Below, one piece after another: positions 38,240-52,214 of a DNA stretch of 64,000 nt; the stretch's first letter is position 1, and the number at the start of each line of letters is the position of its first letter. Origin of the DNA: the human T2T-CHM13v2.0 reference genome, Homo sapiens; assembly GCF_009914755.1 (NCBI RefSeq), contig NC_060944.1; one strand, written 5' to 3'. The notes beneath the pieces are model-generated. The model did no database searches, had not been told where the DNA came from, and saw only the letters and a list, made by a program, of their open reading frames with translations. A program made the position numbers and the translations under genes.

Positions 38240-38914
38240 GGAAACAACCATCATAGGGGCTGAGGCTTTGGGCTCAGCCAAGCACTCCCATGGAAACAAC
38301 CATCGTAGGGGCTGAGGCTTTGGGCTCAGCCAAGCACTCCCGTGGAAACAACCATCGTAGGGGCTGAGGCTTTGGGCTCAGCCAAGCACTCCCGTGGAAA
38401 CAACCATCGTAGGGGCTGAGGCTTTGGGCTCAGCCAAGCACTCCCGTGGAAACAACCATCGTAGGGGCTGAGGCTTTGGGCTCAGCCAAGCACTCCCGTG
38501 GAAACAACCATCGTAGGGGCTGAGGCTTTGGGCTCAGCCAAGCACTCCCGTGGAAACAACCATCGTAGGGGCTGAGGCTTTGGGCTCAGCCAAGCACTCC
38601 CGTGGAAACAACCATCGTAGGGGCTGAGGCTTTGGGCTCAGCCAAGCACTCCCGTGGAAACAACCATCGTAGGGGCTGAGGCTTTGGGCTCAGCCAAGCA
38701 CTCCCGTGGAAACAACCATCGTAGGGGCTGAGGCTTTGGGCTCAGCCAAGCACTCCCGTGGCAACAACCATCGTAGGGCTGAGGCTTTGGGCTCAGCCAA
38801 GCACTCCCGTGGAAACAACCATCGTAGGGGCTGAGGCTTTGGGCTCAGCCAAGCACTCCCGTGGAAACAACCATCGCAGGGGCTGAGGCTTTGGGCTCAG
38901 CCAAGCACTCCCGT
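38240..38914. repeat. Homogeneous VNTR, 52-bp unit x13
   Basis: ggaaacaaccatcgtaggggctgaggctttgggctcagccaagcactcccgt; one 51-bp variant copy at 38760. Confidence 0.98.
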
Positions 38915-40684
38915 GCTTTCAGAGTTTGAGGCCAGGGTGCCCCTCACTGTGCTTTCCAAAAGGCCCACCTGCACTGTGGAGGGTTGCTCTACCTGGAGGC
39001 CCACTGCACACTCAGCCCAGCTCTCCCCTCCTCCTGCCCAGAGCACAGGCTCAGGCTCCTGGCACTGCCTGCTTAGGACCCTCAGACGGCCTCAGGATGT
39101 CACAGATAATGTAATTGGGCAGTCGGTGGGGGGAGCCTCAGCGAGGACCGAGTGTGGGGTCCAAGGTCTGAGACTTAATTCCAGGTTCTCTGAATGGGGC
39201 CTGCCAGTTCGAATTTGCACGTGCAGAAAATCACATCCTTCCGTCATTCCCATTAACATTCGCCTGGTGTCAGGAACGGTCAGGAACGGTGGGCTGTAAT
39301 TGACTCAAGTCTATTTGCCAGCCACAAAGACAATCTTTATAAAACTCAGGTTAGGAAATGAATAGTGCGATTGAATACTGCGGCCCCCAGAGGAGGTGGG
39401 ATTGCATTAGCACCTTCTTTCCATTCCAATTTGGATCTTCCAAGGCATCCATCTTTACCTGAAAAAGAAGGTGGATGGGGGAGGGATGGTGTGAACAATG
39501 GAGGCCCGGGGCTCCCTCCTCCTGGGTCTACCCCTTTAGGAGCAGGGTGGAGGGGGACAGACATAAGGGAGGTGAGAAAACTCCTTGTCTGCAGGGATGG
39601 GTCTGCTTGGAGACCCCGGGTCAGGCTGTGACAGTGCCCTGGCTCTGTGCACCCAGCCAGGGTTCACTGAGTGTACCTGGCATTCTCTCAATTCTCTGCA
39701 CATGCCCTCAACAAACAAACTCAATCCCACACACCCCCAGGAGCCTATGGAAGTGACCAGATGATAAACCTTGATGTAATACAAATGTAAATGATGCTGC
39801 ATTTCAGAAGGTGGTGTTTGCTGCGAGAAAGGGAAAGTGGGATCAGGATGAGGCTTGGAGTGGAAGGGGGTTGCTGTTGTCCAAGGGGAGGTCAGGGGAG
39901 GCCTGGCTGGGTGGCCTTTGCCAGGGGAGGCCTGACTGGGTGGCCTCTGCTGGAGGACCTGATGGGGTGAGGTGGTGGGCCAGGCTGCAGTGGGACCAGC
40001 GGTCCAAGACCTTGGGGCAGGAGGGGCTGTGGTGTGGCCCCAGCAGAGCAGACCAGGAGGGTGCTGAGGACCAGACAGAGAGAGGACAGGTGCAGTAGGT
40101 CCTTCGTAGGGCCTTGTCACCTGTCATGAGGACCATACCTTTTACTCCGCATGCGGTAGGGAGCCTTGGAGTTGAGGACCCCTGGGGTGTGCAGTATACG
40201 CAGGAAGAATGACTGCTGGGACTCCCCAGGGTGGAGCTGGCTGGAGTAGGGGAAGGAGCAGGGCCCTGGCCTCTGTGATATCTGCGAGCAGGGCAGACTC
40301 CTGGTTCAGATTCAAGTACAGGAAAAGGGCATTTAACTTACTTAAGATGACAGCCTGTATGCAATGCACGAGCAGCGCCATTTGCAGGCAGCAAACGTGC
40401 TCAACCCTCAGCACCAGGCACACAGAGAAAGCGGCCTCCCTTCTGTGGGAGGGCCTTCCCTCCAGACTCCTGCCTCACAGCATGCAGTTCACTTTTACTT
40501 TTTGTTAATGTGTTATAGTTGGTGTCAGTGTATAGACCTGACGATAATACAACTGTCTTTTTTAAACAAAAAAACACAGCACTTTACACTTTAGATTTTT
40601 TTACTCATTCAGACTACCTCCTTCTGCAGCAGGCACATCCCCGTCAGATCCAAGTTAAGAGAGGTTAGTGGGATGCATTCTAAT

Positions 40685-41440
40685 GACAAAAGGATAAGTG
40701 GGTAGTAGGTGGGTGGGTGGGTGGGTGGACAGACGGACGGACGGACGGACGGACGGATGGATGGATGATAGAAGATAGGCAGGTAGGCAGGTGGATGGGT
40801 GGATAGGTGGATGGATGGTTAGATAGATAGATAGATGAATGGATAGATACATGGATGATGGATGGAAGATAGATGGATAGATAGTGGATGGAGGACAGAT
40901 GATAGGCTAGATAGATAATAGATGGATAGATGATGGATAGATGATAGATGGATGATGGATGATAAATGATAGATGATAGATACATTAGATAGATGATGGA
41001 TGTTTGGAGGAATGGATGATAGATAATAAATTATAGATAGATGGATAGATGATACATAGATGGATGACAGAAGATAGATAATAGATGGATAAATAGGTAG
41101 ATAGATGGATGATGGATGGATGATAGATGCTGCATGCATACACACATAACATATATTTTGGATGGATGATAGATGATACATTAGAAGATGGATGGAAGAT
41201 AGAAGGATAGGTAGATAGATGGATGATGGATGATGGATGGATGATACATAGATAGATGCATGCATGCATCCACACATACACAGATGACAGATACATAGAT
41301 TATGGATGGATAGATAGATGGATGATAGATGATAGATGAGATAGATACATGATGGATGGATGGGTGGATGGATGGACGGATGGATGGATGGATGGTAAAT
41401 ATAAACGTAGATCAGTATAGACATGGGTATATAGAAGTAG
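40685..41440. repeat. Compound (GGGT)/(GGAC)/(GGAT)/(GATA)n array
   Basis: Tetranucleotide motifs shift along the array. Confidence 0.95.
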
Positions 41441-41621
41441 CTTCATAATTTTCTGAAGATGGTAACTGGGTAATTGGTTCAGAATCTTCAGAAGGAGAGT
41501 AAGTAGACAGGAAAGCTATCAACAAGGTCACAGACATTAATAATGCGAAAGTGTGGTGGGCGCAATGACACCAGGTAGCCAGGAAAGTAAGCATCTCAGC
41601 AACGCAGTTTCTGGGTGCCCG

Positions 41622-42023
41622 TGTCAGTTTCCTGCACTGCAGTAACAAGTGCCACCAACTGGGCACCTTAAAATGACAGAAACATCTTCTCTCCTCGTCC
41701 TGGAGGCCGGGAGTCTGAAATCCAGGTGTGGGCAGGGCTAGCTCCCCCAGGAGGCTCCTCTGGGAGTCCGCAGCAGCCCCACTCAGCTCTGGGGCTCCAG
41801 CTGCCCTGGCGTCCAGTGGCTTGAGGAAGCCTCACCCCATCCCTGCCTCCAGCCTCCCATAGCCATCTTCTCCCTGTATGTCCTTTTCTGTTTCTTATGA
41901 GGATGCTCTCATTGGATCCAGCATGAGCTCCAACTCTCCTTGCCTCTAATTACACTGGCAGATAAGGTCCCATTCTCAGGTTCTAGGAGGACATGAATTT
42001 GGGGGACACTATTCATCCCTGCA
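41622..42023 (-). mobile_element. MLT1B/C-like solo LTR
   Basis: 'gtcagtttcctgcactgcagtaacaagtgccaccaactggg...gtctgaaatccaggtgtgggcagggc...ggacatgaatttgggggacactattca'. Confidence 0.85.
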
Positions 42024-42366
42024 GTGTCCAAGAGGGAGAGTATGAAAATGACTCAGGTTTTCTTTTTGCCCTGTGGATTTCACACGTGTCTCTGAAGGTT
42101 GCCTAGGGTTCCGGTTGGATCTGTCTTGTTCCTGCCGCACCCAGAGCCCGGAAGAGCGAACAGCACACACGGTGACAAGGGTCAGAAATGCTACCAGGTT
42201 GGGTGGGTCAGTGGCTGCGTGGCATGGCCTGGTGTTTGCAGTTCACACTCAGCGTCCACCTTCCATCTCTGTCTCCTCATGGCCTTCCTTTCCTCCATAA
42301 AACACATCCCTGTGTCCTCGTCTCTCTTACTCTATTTTCCAGCTTTTTTGCAGCATAGTATAGAAC

Positions 42367-42535
42367 AGAGGTTCTAAATTTGAGTGCTTGTCAGGGCCCC
42401 TGGAGGGCTTTTGTCAAAACACAAGTTGCTGGGCCAGGCCTGGAGGTGAGGGGTGGGTCCCAGGTATTTGCACTTTCATCAAGTTCCTGGGGATCTCGCT
42501 GCTGTGGCCCAGCACCCCACGTTGAGGACCACTGG
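42367..42535. mobile_element. MER5A-like hAT MITE
   Basis: 'cagaggttctaaatttgagtg...cctggagggcttttgtcaaaacaca...atttgcactttcatcaagttc...gttgaggaccactg'. Confidence 0.75.
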
Positions 42536-44471
42536 TCCAAGAAAACACAGAAGGCTCCTCTAGATTCCGAAAGAATGGCACTCCAGTTCCAGCTCCACCA
42601 ACGCCAGTGCACACCCAGGAAGCCACTAGCTGCTGGGGATGTCAGGGTCCTCTCCTGACATCTGAGGTTAACAGCAGCACCCATCAAGATCTGCGGGGCA
42701 GGTGAGCAGCTGCGTGGGGAGCAGGGGCCTCCCCATCATCTTCCGCCACTGGTGGTGCTGTGAGCACGCCAAGGCCCAGGAGGGAGCCTGTGGCCCCTGT
42801 GTGTAGCTCCCGACTTAGGAAGGACGTTCTGGTTTCAGCAGCCCGCTGGCCTGCAGCAGAAACCTGGACCACATGTTAATTCCACCTGGAGCAGACCCCG
42901 GAGCTTTGCTTTAGCTCTCAGGGCCCCCATCTGGGTGGACCTCCAAGGCTCTTCACCAGGTTCTCATGAGAGAGCCATTTTGTCTGTCAGTGGGAACTGC
43001 CCAGGGCCTCGGGTAGCCTGAGAGTCCCCAAGAGGAGACCCTCGTACCCGAGTGAAGCTTGCAGCCCCCAGGAAGCTGAGGAGCCTGTCCACAGCCTGGG
43101 GCACCCGGCGGAGAGGAAAGGGGAAGCAGGAAGCCATGGAGGACCCTGCCCCAGGGCTGCACCCTGCATCCTGAAGCGAGGAACAGACGCCATCTTTAAG
43201 CACCCCAGGACCCAGCACCACCTCCCCAGGACCAGGGGCTCCACCATAGCCCAGTCACCACCCCCTGCCCCTGTCCTCCACAGGAGCCCTGCAGCCCTGG
43301 CTCTGTGTCAGGATCCAGACCATAAGGAGGGACAGGGTGCCAGGCTGGGACTAAGACGGGGAAGAAGCTGCTGTGGGACCCGCACTAGGGCTGAGGGGCG
43401 CTGGGCTGGGCAAGGCCCAAATGGCCTGATGGAGGTGGCTCCTGCCTCCGTGACCTTGCCCCAAGGTCCCTGGCCAGGGCCTCCATTCAGGGTGAAATGT
43501 GATGGGAGGCTGTGGGGAGAGTGTGAAACAAGACGGTCACTCAGGGCCACTGTGACAGAACAGTCAAGGGGACAATGCATGATGGGCAGGGGCTCTAAAA
43601 ATGGGAAGGAAGGGCAGAAATGAGGAGTGGGGGAAGGGCGGGGAGAAACACAAAGAGCCGAGCATCCCCCGAGGATAGAAGGGCGCCCTGGTGTCCTTTC
43701 TAAAGAAATGGTTCCCTGTGGATTTTCAGAGCTTCGGTAGTCATGGTTCAGCAAGTTCGATGCTTTCCTGGCTGTTTCTGGGATCGTGGTAGTTGGAGCG
43801 TTGACTCTGTAGAGAATTCCGTCTCCCCGGGATGCAGGACCTCGGACAGCCTCAGCCAGTGCCCTGGAACCTCAGCTCTGTCCTGAGTTCCCCCCTGTGT
43901 CTTCTTCTCATCCAGCGTCCTTCAGAGGGACTGGATGGAAGCCAGGGGTGGCCGCCTGTCTCCAGGATGCACCATTTCTTCCCTAGAGACACAGCAGGTG
44001 GCTCAGAGGCTAGCTCTCTGGGCAGTGAGGGCAGAGTTAGAATTCCTATTTGTTCCCTCCCTTTCCACCCATTTCTTTGGGAAGACAAATAGGTGACATT
44101 CCAGAAAGAAACATGTAGCTTCTCTAACATAATCCCTCTGTGCCGTGCAATTATTAACACATCGCTTGAGGGCATTGTGGATGTGGGCCCTCCAGAATTC
44201 AAGAAAATGTCTCTGCAAGGGTAAAACACCCGCCCTCACGTCCTAATGGCTTTTTTTCTCTTTCAGCCACACACAGTCAAATTTGAGGCATAATTTGCTG
44301 TGAATTACCTACAAATTGTATACAGTGCTTTAGGACTAAGTAGCTTTTTGCAAGGCTTGGTATGAATTTTCTCTTTTGTCCAAATCATACAAAATACTCT
44401 TTCTAAATTGTTAAGATTTTCTGCCACGCATAAAAATGAGGCTGAAATCACCCAAAAGGTGACAAAAATGG

Positions 44472-44641
44472 ATTAGACAATCCTTGGAACTTTATAACTG
44501 TGTGCGTATTTCAAGGGATCTGTTGGCTTCTGAGCTCTTGTTCTGAGGGGTGGGAGAATTAGACAATCCTTGGAACTTGATAACTGTGTGCATTTTAAGG
44601 AATCTGTTAGCTCCCGAACTCTTGTTCCAAGGGGTAGGAGA
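44472..44641. repeat. ~86-bp tandem duplication x2 (diverged)
   Basis: attagacaatccttggaactt...aggggtgggaga at 44472 and 44558. Confidence 0.9.
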
Positions 44642-45194
44642 AAAAGGGGGCATCATCTAGCAGCTGGGAGGAGTCTCAGGATCCCCCTGCAGGAAGCCCG
44701 GAATCCCTTCCACAGGCACAGAGCTGAGGGTGCTGCAGAGCCCCTAAAGAGCTTTCTGGGCATCGGGAAAGTCCGGGCTCAGTGCATGTGGAGCTGCCAC
44801 CCTAGAAAGCCCTGCGTCGGTGTTGCTGTGTTCTCAGGCCCGTGCAGCTGACATTCCTTTGGCTTCCTGGTGATGGAGGGACAGACAGAGCATCCCCACA
44901 TTTGTCTTTGAGGGTGTGTGGTGTATACGGGAGCAAGCAGGTTCAGCAGAAAATGACGTGATGCCAAGGCCAGGGCTGTGAACTTGCAGGAGCTGCCTGT
45001 GACCCCAGGGCAATCTGGGTTGTCATTGCAGAAGGAAGCCCAGTGGGTTTCAGCTGCTAGTGGAGAACCTATGGCTTCAGTGCTAGCAGTTGCTGTATCC
45101 TGCTAAGCGTCTGCCTCCATTCTGGGTCCTGGCTTCTGGGCCAGTCCCTGCCTTTATGACACTACCTTCATGGGGTGTGGGAAGGTGGACCAAG

Positions 45195-45695
45195 GAATGG
45201 GTGGATAGAGGGTAGATGGATGGACAGGTGGATGGGTAGATGATGGATGGAGGGATGGATGGACAAGTGGACAGATGGATAGAGAAATGGATGGATGGAT
45301 GGTTGGACAAGTGGACGGATGGATAGAGGAACAGATGGATGGATGGACAGGTGGATGAATGGACAAAGGGACAGATGGAAGGAGAGAGGGAGGGAGGGAG
45401 GAAGGGAGAGATAGATGAATGGATGGATGGATGGATGGTGGATGGATGATGGATGGATAGATGGATGGACAGAGGGACAGATGGAAGGATGGATGGATGG
45501 AGGGGTGGGAGAAGGGGAGGGAGGGAGGGATGGATGGATGGACAGATGGATGGATGGATGGACGGAGAGATGGACACACAGGTGGATGGATGGATGAATA
45601 CATGGATAGGTGGAGGGATGGATGGACAGAGGAAGGGAGAGATGAAGGGACAGAGGGAGAGATGGGTGGAAAAGTGGAAGGGAGGAGAGGAGAGA
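45195..45695. repeat. (GGAT)n / GA-rich array
   Basis: ggat/ggac/ggga tetramers. Confidence 0.95.
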
Positions 45696-47949
45696 ACAGG
45701 GCATTAAAACTCATTAATGATAAAGCAATTACTGGAGGAAGCATGGATTTTACCTCCCCATGCCAGGAATGATTTTACCTCCCCACGCCAGGAATGTCTG
45801 ATGTTTCTGGCTTAGTGAAGAGGAAGCTTGGGAAGTCCAAGGTGATTCTAATCTGTGGAATGTTGTATTACTCTCACATTTGTAGGTTTATGGCATTTGT
45901 TATGGAAACGTTCTTATTGTGGGGCAATCTACCCGTAAGCAAATCCCCTGAAGGTAGAGATCAGCTGCTCACCCATCTAGTATTTCCTTTTATTTGTGAA
46001 AATGCATTCAGTGAGAAAATGTATAAGAACCAATTGTGAATGGTTCTCTTTCAGCTAGTTCTCAAAAAATCCTGTATCTTTTTATAAAGATGGAAATGAC
46101 AGCCCAGAGTCTATTAAAATAAATATAAAGTCACCATGCCGGGGCCTGGCAATGGGACTGGCTGCTTATGGCTTTGATTCAACATTTTCTCCCTGGAATG
46201 TGTTTATGGGAGTTTATAGGCTGTGTGTGAATGTGCAGAGTACGGAGAAGTGCACGCAGCTGTACTCTCCACGTCTGTGCAGTATAGGGCAGACGATAAG
46301 TCTTGAGATCCATATGTTTCTTATAAAATTCTGATCTTTGGAAGGATGAGTAATAGGCATTAAGATGGCAGAGAAAGAAACGATCACAAGAGGAAATCAT
46401 GCACTTCAGAGGCAGTTTCTGCTTCACAAAGAAAGTCTCCAGCAAAATCTACTGTACCCTGCAGTGAACGGCACGGGTTGCTTTCCTTGGAGCTGTCACG
46501 GTGTATCTGGTGTCCCCCGAACCGCGAGTCGTGGAGGCCCGTGGGCAGGTGCCCCGGGAGTGCGGCCCAGGCAGATGGTACCAGAACGGGGTGCCGTGCT
46601 AGAAGAGCACCCCAAACTGCACGCATCTGCTTCCTCAGATCCCGCAGATGGGCCAGGTGTTCAGAACCTTGTTGGTAGCTTGTCAGTCACCCACAGAGTG
46701 AGATGCATACTTTGTTGATAGAATGAGATTTAATGTTCAGGTCAAATATGAAAATGTGTTTGCTTGGAGGGGCATGATCTTTCTGTAGAAGACTCTTCCT
46801 GTCATACAGTTACCACTCACTGTCCTCTTCCTTCAAGCCAGGCTCTGTGCTAAGTAAACGATCCTGATTAAAACCCTGTTTTCATTGTCTGTTCTTGTAC
46901 AAGCCTGTGCCTGCCTGCCGTGGGGTGAGGTGCACCGCCTAGCTGGCACTTCACAGTAGAGAGCAGCCAGAGGGATGGGTGGGAGTTGGGAGGCTGGGCT
47001 CTTCCTGGCGGTGGGTGAGACTGTAGCCCCATCACAACCACATCATCCCCTTCCCAGGAGCTCCTCGTGTCTGGGGAGGTGGGCGTGGCAGGGACTACAG
47101 CCAGAGCTGGGTCTGTTTGGTGCTTCTTCCCTGTGTGTGGATTCATTTAACAGGGTTGGCTGATACCTACTGTGTAGCAGGGATTGCAGTGGCATCGGAC
47201 AAAGCCTCTGCCCTCTGGATGCCAAACATTCTAGAAACCCCCAAAGGAATAAATGCAGCCGTTGCTGCTGGTGAAGGAGGCCGTCGGAGTGCTGTGAATG
47301 AGGGGGACTGGCCGGCCTGGGAAGTGGCCTGGGAGGTGCTCAGAGGGTGGCAAAGGGGCGACCATGCGACTGAGCCCTGTGGGAAGAGCAGGGGGGCCGC
47401 CCAGCTAAGGAAGCAGCAAGCGCGGAGCACGTGGCCTCAACCTCCGTCTTGCTTATGCTGGTTAAGTAGGTCTGATGTTAACCAAGCCAAAATGCAGGGG
47501 CAGGGACATCTCAGGACCTTTTATACAAAATAGCCTTGAGCCTGGGCAGAATTCGGAGGCAACCATCTCCTGGCCGCCTGTTCCATATCACACACAAGGT
47601 CCAGCCCCCTGTGTTGTTCTGCAGCTGGGAATCCTGGGCTCCGTCCTGGGGGCTGAAAGGCTCCTGGGGGTTCAGTCTCTAACCTGCTCTTTAAAATTTT
47701 AGGGCTTTCTTGGGTAGTTTCATTTTATCTCAAAGTCTTACAAACCATCTTAGCGTTTTTGTGCAAACAGCTCCCAATCCTCGCCAGCACCTGGGACCTG
47801 CCACACCCACCCAGCACAGCAGCCTCCCTCAATCTGCAGCCCACAGCCGCCTGCCGTGACCACCCCTCGATGTGGGTGAGGTTTCTAAACTGCTCCTGAA
47901 GCTTCAAACACACAATTCATCTGTAAATATTTGCTCACTCTATTTCTAA

Positions 47950-48340
47950 CCACGTTATTAAGATATAAAAACTTACCGTGAAATTCCCCTGTTTAAAGTG
48001 TACAATTCAATGGTCCTTAGTCAATTCAGAGTTCCATGTATAGTGTAGAGTTGAGTATATGTTACAGAGAGCAACTGTTGCTGTCATCTAATTGTGCAAC
48101 TTACTCATCACCCAGCAGGGAAACCCCGTACCCATAAGACAGCCACTCCCATTCCCTGCCCCATCCCAACAGCCACAAATACACCTTCTGTCTTTCCGTC
48201 TCTAGATGTGTCTAGTCTGGGTATTTGCTACAGGTGGGATTGTCTTTGGGGTGGACTTCTTTCACTTAGCACAGTGTTTTTAAGGGTCTCCCATGCGGTT
48301 TGGGTCTGTTCCTGGGAATATATTGTGTTGCCTCACTCTC
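47950..48340 (-). mobile_element. L1MB-like 3' fragment
   Basis: 'tttaaagtgtacaattcaatgg', 'aaaccccgtacccat', 'cttctttcacttagcacagtgttt'. Confidence 0.75.
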
Positions 48341-49400
48341 CATGCGCTGCTACTGGCTTCAAAGCCGCCTCCACTCAATTCATGTCTCAAAGCAACTTGG
48401 TCTCTCCACCACCCTTTGTGTGAAGCGGGGTGACTGCCCCTCCCCACAGGCTCATGACAGGGGTTGAGCAAGTGCTCTGTGTACCAAGCCATTCTTGCTG
48501 TACCTGCCTCATAATAAAAGCTTGGGCCCCTTCATCTCCCCTGCGGAGAGTGCCTGCTCTCATCAGTCCCGTCTCTCCCCTCTGGATTGCAAAGGCCGCT
48601 CCTCGGCCCCACCACCCCGCTGTTTGTGGCGCTTTCTGTCAGTGTCCTGATTCGGTCCTAGTGACCACCACCTTATCCCAGCCTGGTCACTCAGCCTCTG
48701 TGTCTCGGGCTTTGACTACGTCACCCACACCCCTTTGCACAGAGTGAGACTGTCCTCAGACCCCTTCCCGCTGTCCGGACTCAGAGCATCCGAGGCACCT
48801 GCCCTGGGAGAGCTCCTGGACTCCAGTCCTCACGGGGCTACCCCTCGTCCCATGTGCACCCTCAGCCCCCTGCAGAAACCTGGAACACACTTGATTCAAA
48901 ACCTTCACATTAATCTCAGGTGGGATAGTCCGGGCTGTGGGATCCCCACTGGGTGGTACCCGCACACCATTTAGCATTCCAGATGGCGGAGTTCTGGAAG
49001 GGAAAGCTCTTCTTTCCAAACCCCTCTCCTGCCTTTCATCAGAGAAAATTGTGCAGTTCTTGAAGATCTCAATAAATACTGAAGGCAAAAATAATGTCAA
49101 TGTTAGCACCATCAGAGGTGATGGGATTTTTTTTTCTTCCAGTGAAAATAGACCAGCGGCATCTGTACCGATGATTTTATAGACTTTTCTGCCAAGAGAA
49201 TGAGGATCTTGCCAGCTTTTCCTAAAAGAATCAGAAGTTTCACGAAACTCCTAGAGTTCTACAAACTGTTTGCTAATCTGATGACAGTTGGTTTCCTTGC
49301 AGAGCTCTCTGCTAAGCACTAGCCAGTCTCCACATCTGCGTGGCTGGGAGGCCTGCCTGTGAGTGCCAGTAATGGAAAGACTGGAGAGAACAAGCCCAAC

Positions 49401-49893
49401 TGTGCGTGTATATGTGTGTATGTGCGTGTGCATTCGCATGTGTGTATATGTGTGTGTGCATTCACGTGTGTATGTGCCTGTACATTTGCGTGTGTATGTG
49501 CGTGTGCGTGTGCATTCGTGTGTGTGCATTTGCGTGTATATGTGCGTGTGTGTGCATTCGCGTGTGTGTATATGTGTGTGCATTCGTGTGTGCATTTGTG
49601 TATGTGTGCATTCGCGTGTATGTGCATGTGCATTCGCGTGTGTGCATTCATGTGTGTGCATGAGCACGTGTGTGCATGTGTGTATCTGAGTGCACATTCT
49701 CGTGTGCATTCGCGTGTGTGCATTCGCGTGTATGTGCGTGTGCATTTGTGTGTGCATGTGTGTATGTGCGTGTGCATTCCCGTGTGTGTGCCTTCGTGCG
49801 TGTGTGTGCATATGTGTATATGTGCGTGTGCATTCGCGCGTGTGTGTGTGCATGTGTGCATGTCCACTTGCATGCATGTGTGGTCATGTGTGC
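49401..49893. repeat. Complex TG-rich array with tgcattcgcg and tgcatg submotifs
   Basis: (TG)n interleaved with tgcattcg / tgcatg. Confidence 0.95.
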
Positions 49894-52214
49894 AGGGTTT
49901 GTTAGGTTTTGTGCTAGGGATTGTGCATGTACAGGACGGAGAGTGATTAACTTGCTATCAGATCCTCTCGAGTCAGGTTAAAGCTTCCCCTCCAAACCAA
50001 CCCCCGCCCCCCGACCCAGCAACTCTGCTCCCCCGACTAGCAAGGTGTTTTTTCATCGTGATCATCACCCCTGTGTTCAGCTTGGGCGGTGCCCTTGCTG
50101 GAAGTCTCTGCTCCGAAGATTTCCAAGGACGGTGGCAGGTGATTGATTAGGCGACCTCCCCGCACGCCCTGGCCAGTCCCTCAGACTTCACTGGCAACAC
50201 TGAAGTGCGTGTTCGGTGTCCACTGAAGCAACCACACCCTTTCCAGAAAGCTGCAGAGGTGCCCTCCTCTCCCGCTCCACAGCCTATTGTCCCGTTTTTA
50301 TTTCTGACACCAGACATCATCCACTGGACTGAGCTGGACAGTGTCTGCTCTTCCCCTTTCCCTGTTGGGATAACTTGTTCAGGGGAGTTTCTTACACAAC
50401 CTCGTCTCCCTTGTCAGTGACCGTCTGTACTCGGAGGCAGCGCTGTGCCGGGAGGAATGAAGGTGTGTGAAATGGACCCAAAATGTGGATGGGCGCCCCC
50501 GGGGACCCACAGACACTGCCTCCTCAGCCACAGCCTGGGCGGGACTTGCTGACTCAGGCAGGAGTTTAATCAGTAACTTTATTTTAATTCCATAAAACGA
50601 CCCAAGAGTTAATTTAGGAGTAGTTTTAAGCACAAAGAGGAAATTTATCTAAAAATAGATTTGACAAAATGTAAAACAGGCTAGGGTTTCCTCTCTGCTA
50701 AACAAATGCGTGTAAGTTTTTTAAATTCCCAAGTAAATGATTCGGAAATTCCTTCTGCCTTAAGTCTGATCAAAGGGAAGTCTTGACAGATTGCATTTAT
50801 CACAGGGAGCACCACCTGATGAAGCAAAAATTTATTTTAAAAAACCAGAAATGTGGTCCGCGGACTACAATTACAATGTGTCTAGGGCATAGAAAATATT
50901 TCCACTAAAAGGACTTAGCCTACCTTAGACCACAGGGGAGCCTGGGGGCTTTTGGGTTTGGGTTTTTTAGTATTCAGGTCCTTTCTCAGCAGGAAATGAA
51001 GTCACATTCCTTAAGCACAAGCATTAACCTTGTACTAACTTAGATATTATTATGACTTCATAATAAGTCGTAAGTGCAGGAGTCTCGGGTACAGATGAGC
51101 AACCCTAGGCTGGAGGAAGCTGGCCCAGTGGGGTGGACAGGATCACAGGACCCCGCCGACAGCCCAGGTCTCCCCTACAGCAGCCTCTGAGCTTCTGCAG
51201 GGCCTCCCCTAAGCTGGGCTCATAGGGGTCAATGTTAGGGGTGACGTCGTGACCAGAAACACCCTTCTTCCACGGGTTTGTCTTTCCACCACCATTAAAT
51301 TGAGCAATACCATGCAAATAGCTGCCAGATCAAGGGAATTTCTCCAGCTGGGGTCTTTGTCTTTCTCCCTCCTCCCACCTTCCTCCTCCCTCCTCTCTCC
51401 CCATTGTGTCCTCCTCCCACCGACACCCACCACCCAGTGCCTCAAGGAACTTCCTTCTGAATGATGGTTTATTAAGCACTTCTGGAATAGCTGTCAATCT
51501 GATAATGATAAGAACAGCAGCAAACACATTCAGGGTCTTCACGTGCCCTGCCCTGACAGCAGCACTAACTCTTGGTCCCCTGGACCGCACTCTGGGCAGG
51601 ACACCTGCTTCTCGGCCGCCTTCCGGAAGCACTGGGACACAGGCTGGAGTCCTCCAGGGACTCGCAGCATCTCTGCAGCTCCGGAGCCTTCACAGAGCCC
51701 AGGCTCCCTGACTCGGGCCCACGCTATAACCATGTGCATGCCGCCTCTCCCGCTCAGAGAGCTTCCGCCAGTGCCCCCAACTTAGAGTCGTTCCTCAATC
51801 TGAGAGCTGTTAAGGAATCAATTCATCTTTTAAATTATATTTTTGATTGTTTTTTCTGATAACACAAGTAACATAATGCAGAAAAATTTCACACACAGGA
51901 GTGTGCAACCCAGCAGGGGAAACGTCCCTGTCATCTCAGCTGCTTAGAGAGAGGCACCGCTAGTTAGGTGGTCCTCCTTCAAGATCTTCTCCTTTGTAGA
52001 AAGTGAAAAACACACATGTATCCTGTATTTTATTCTTTCAAACCGAAAGCCCCACTGGACCTGCCTTCGCAGCTCCCTCCTCGCCTTCCCTGTGTGTCTT
52101 GGGAGGATACCATGTTCCACTTTGGATGAATTTCTCCTATCTGTGGGTAGCTGTGACTGACTCACACCAGCCCTATTGCCACTGGACACTGGTGACAAGT
52201 CTAAGTAACGCAGT

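Noticed and set aside
38240-38914. CRISPR-like array of palindromic repeats
   Set aside because: Units are head-to-tail with no unique spacers, there are no cas genes, and the context is primate (Alu/SVA). It is a VNTR.
40408-40428. tcagcaccaggcaca resembling a REST/RE1 site
   Set aside because: The right half (GGACAG) is mismatched; too weak.
50861-50876. ggactacaatt resembling the ZNF143/THAP11 ACTACA motif
   Set aside because: Lacks the TCCCA half and there is no CpG-island promoter context.
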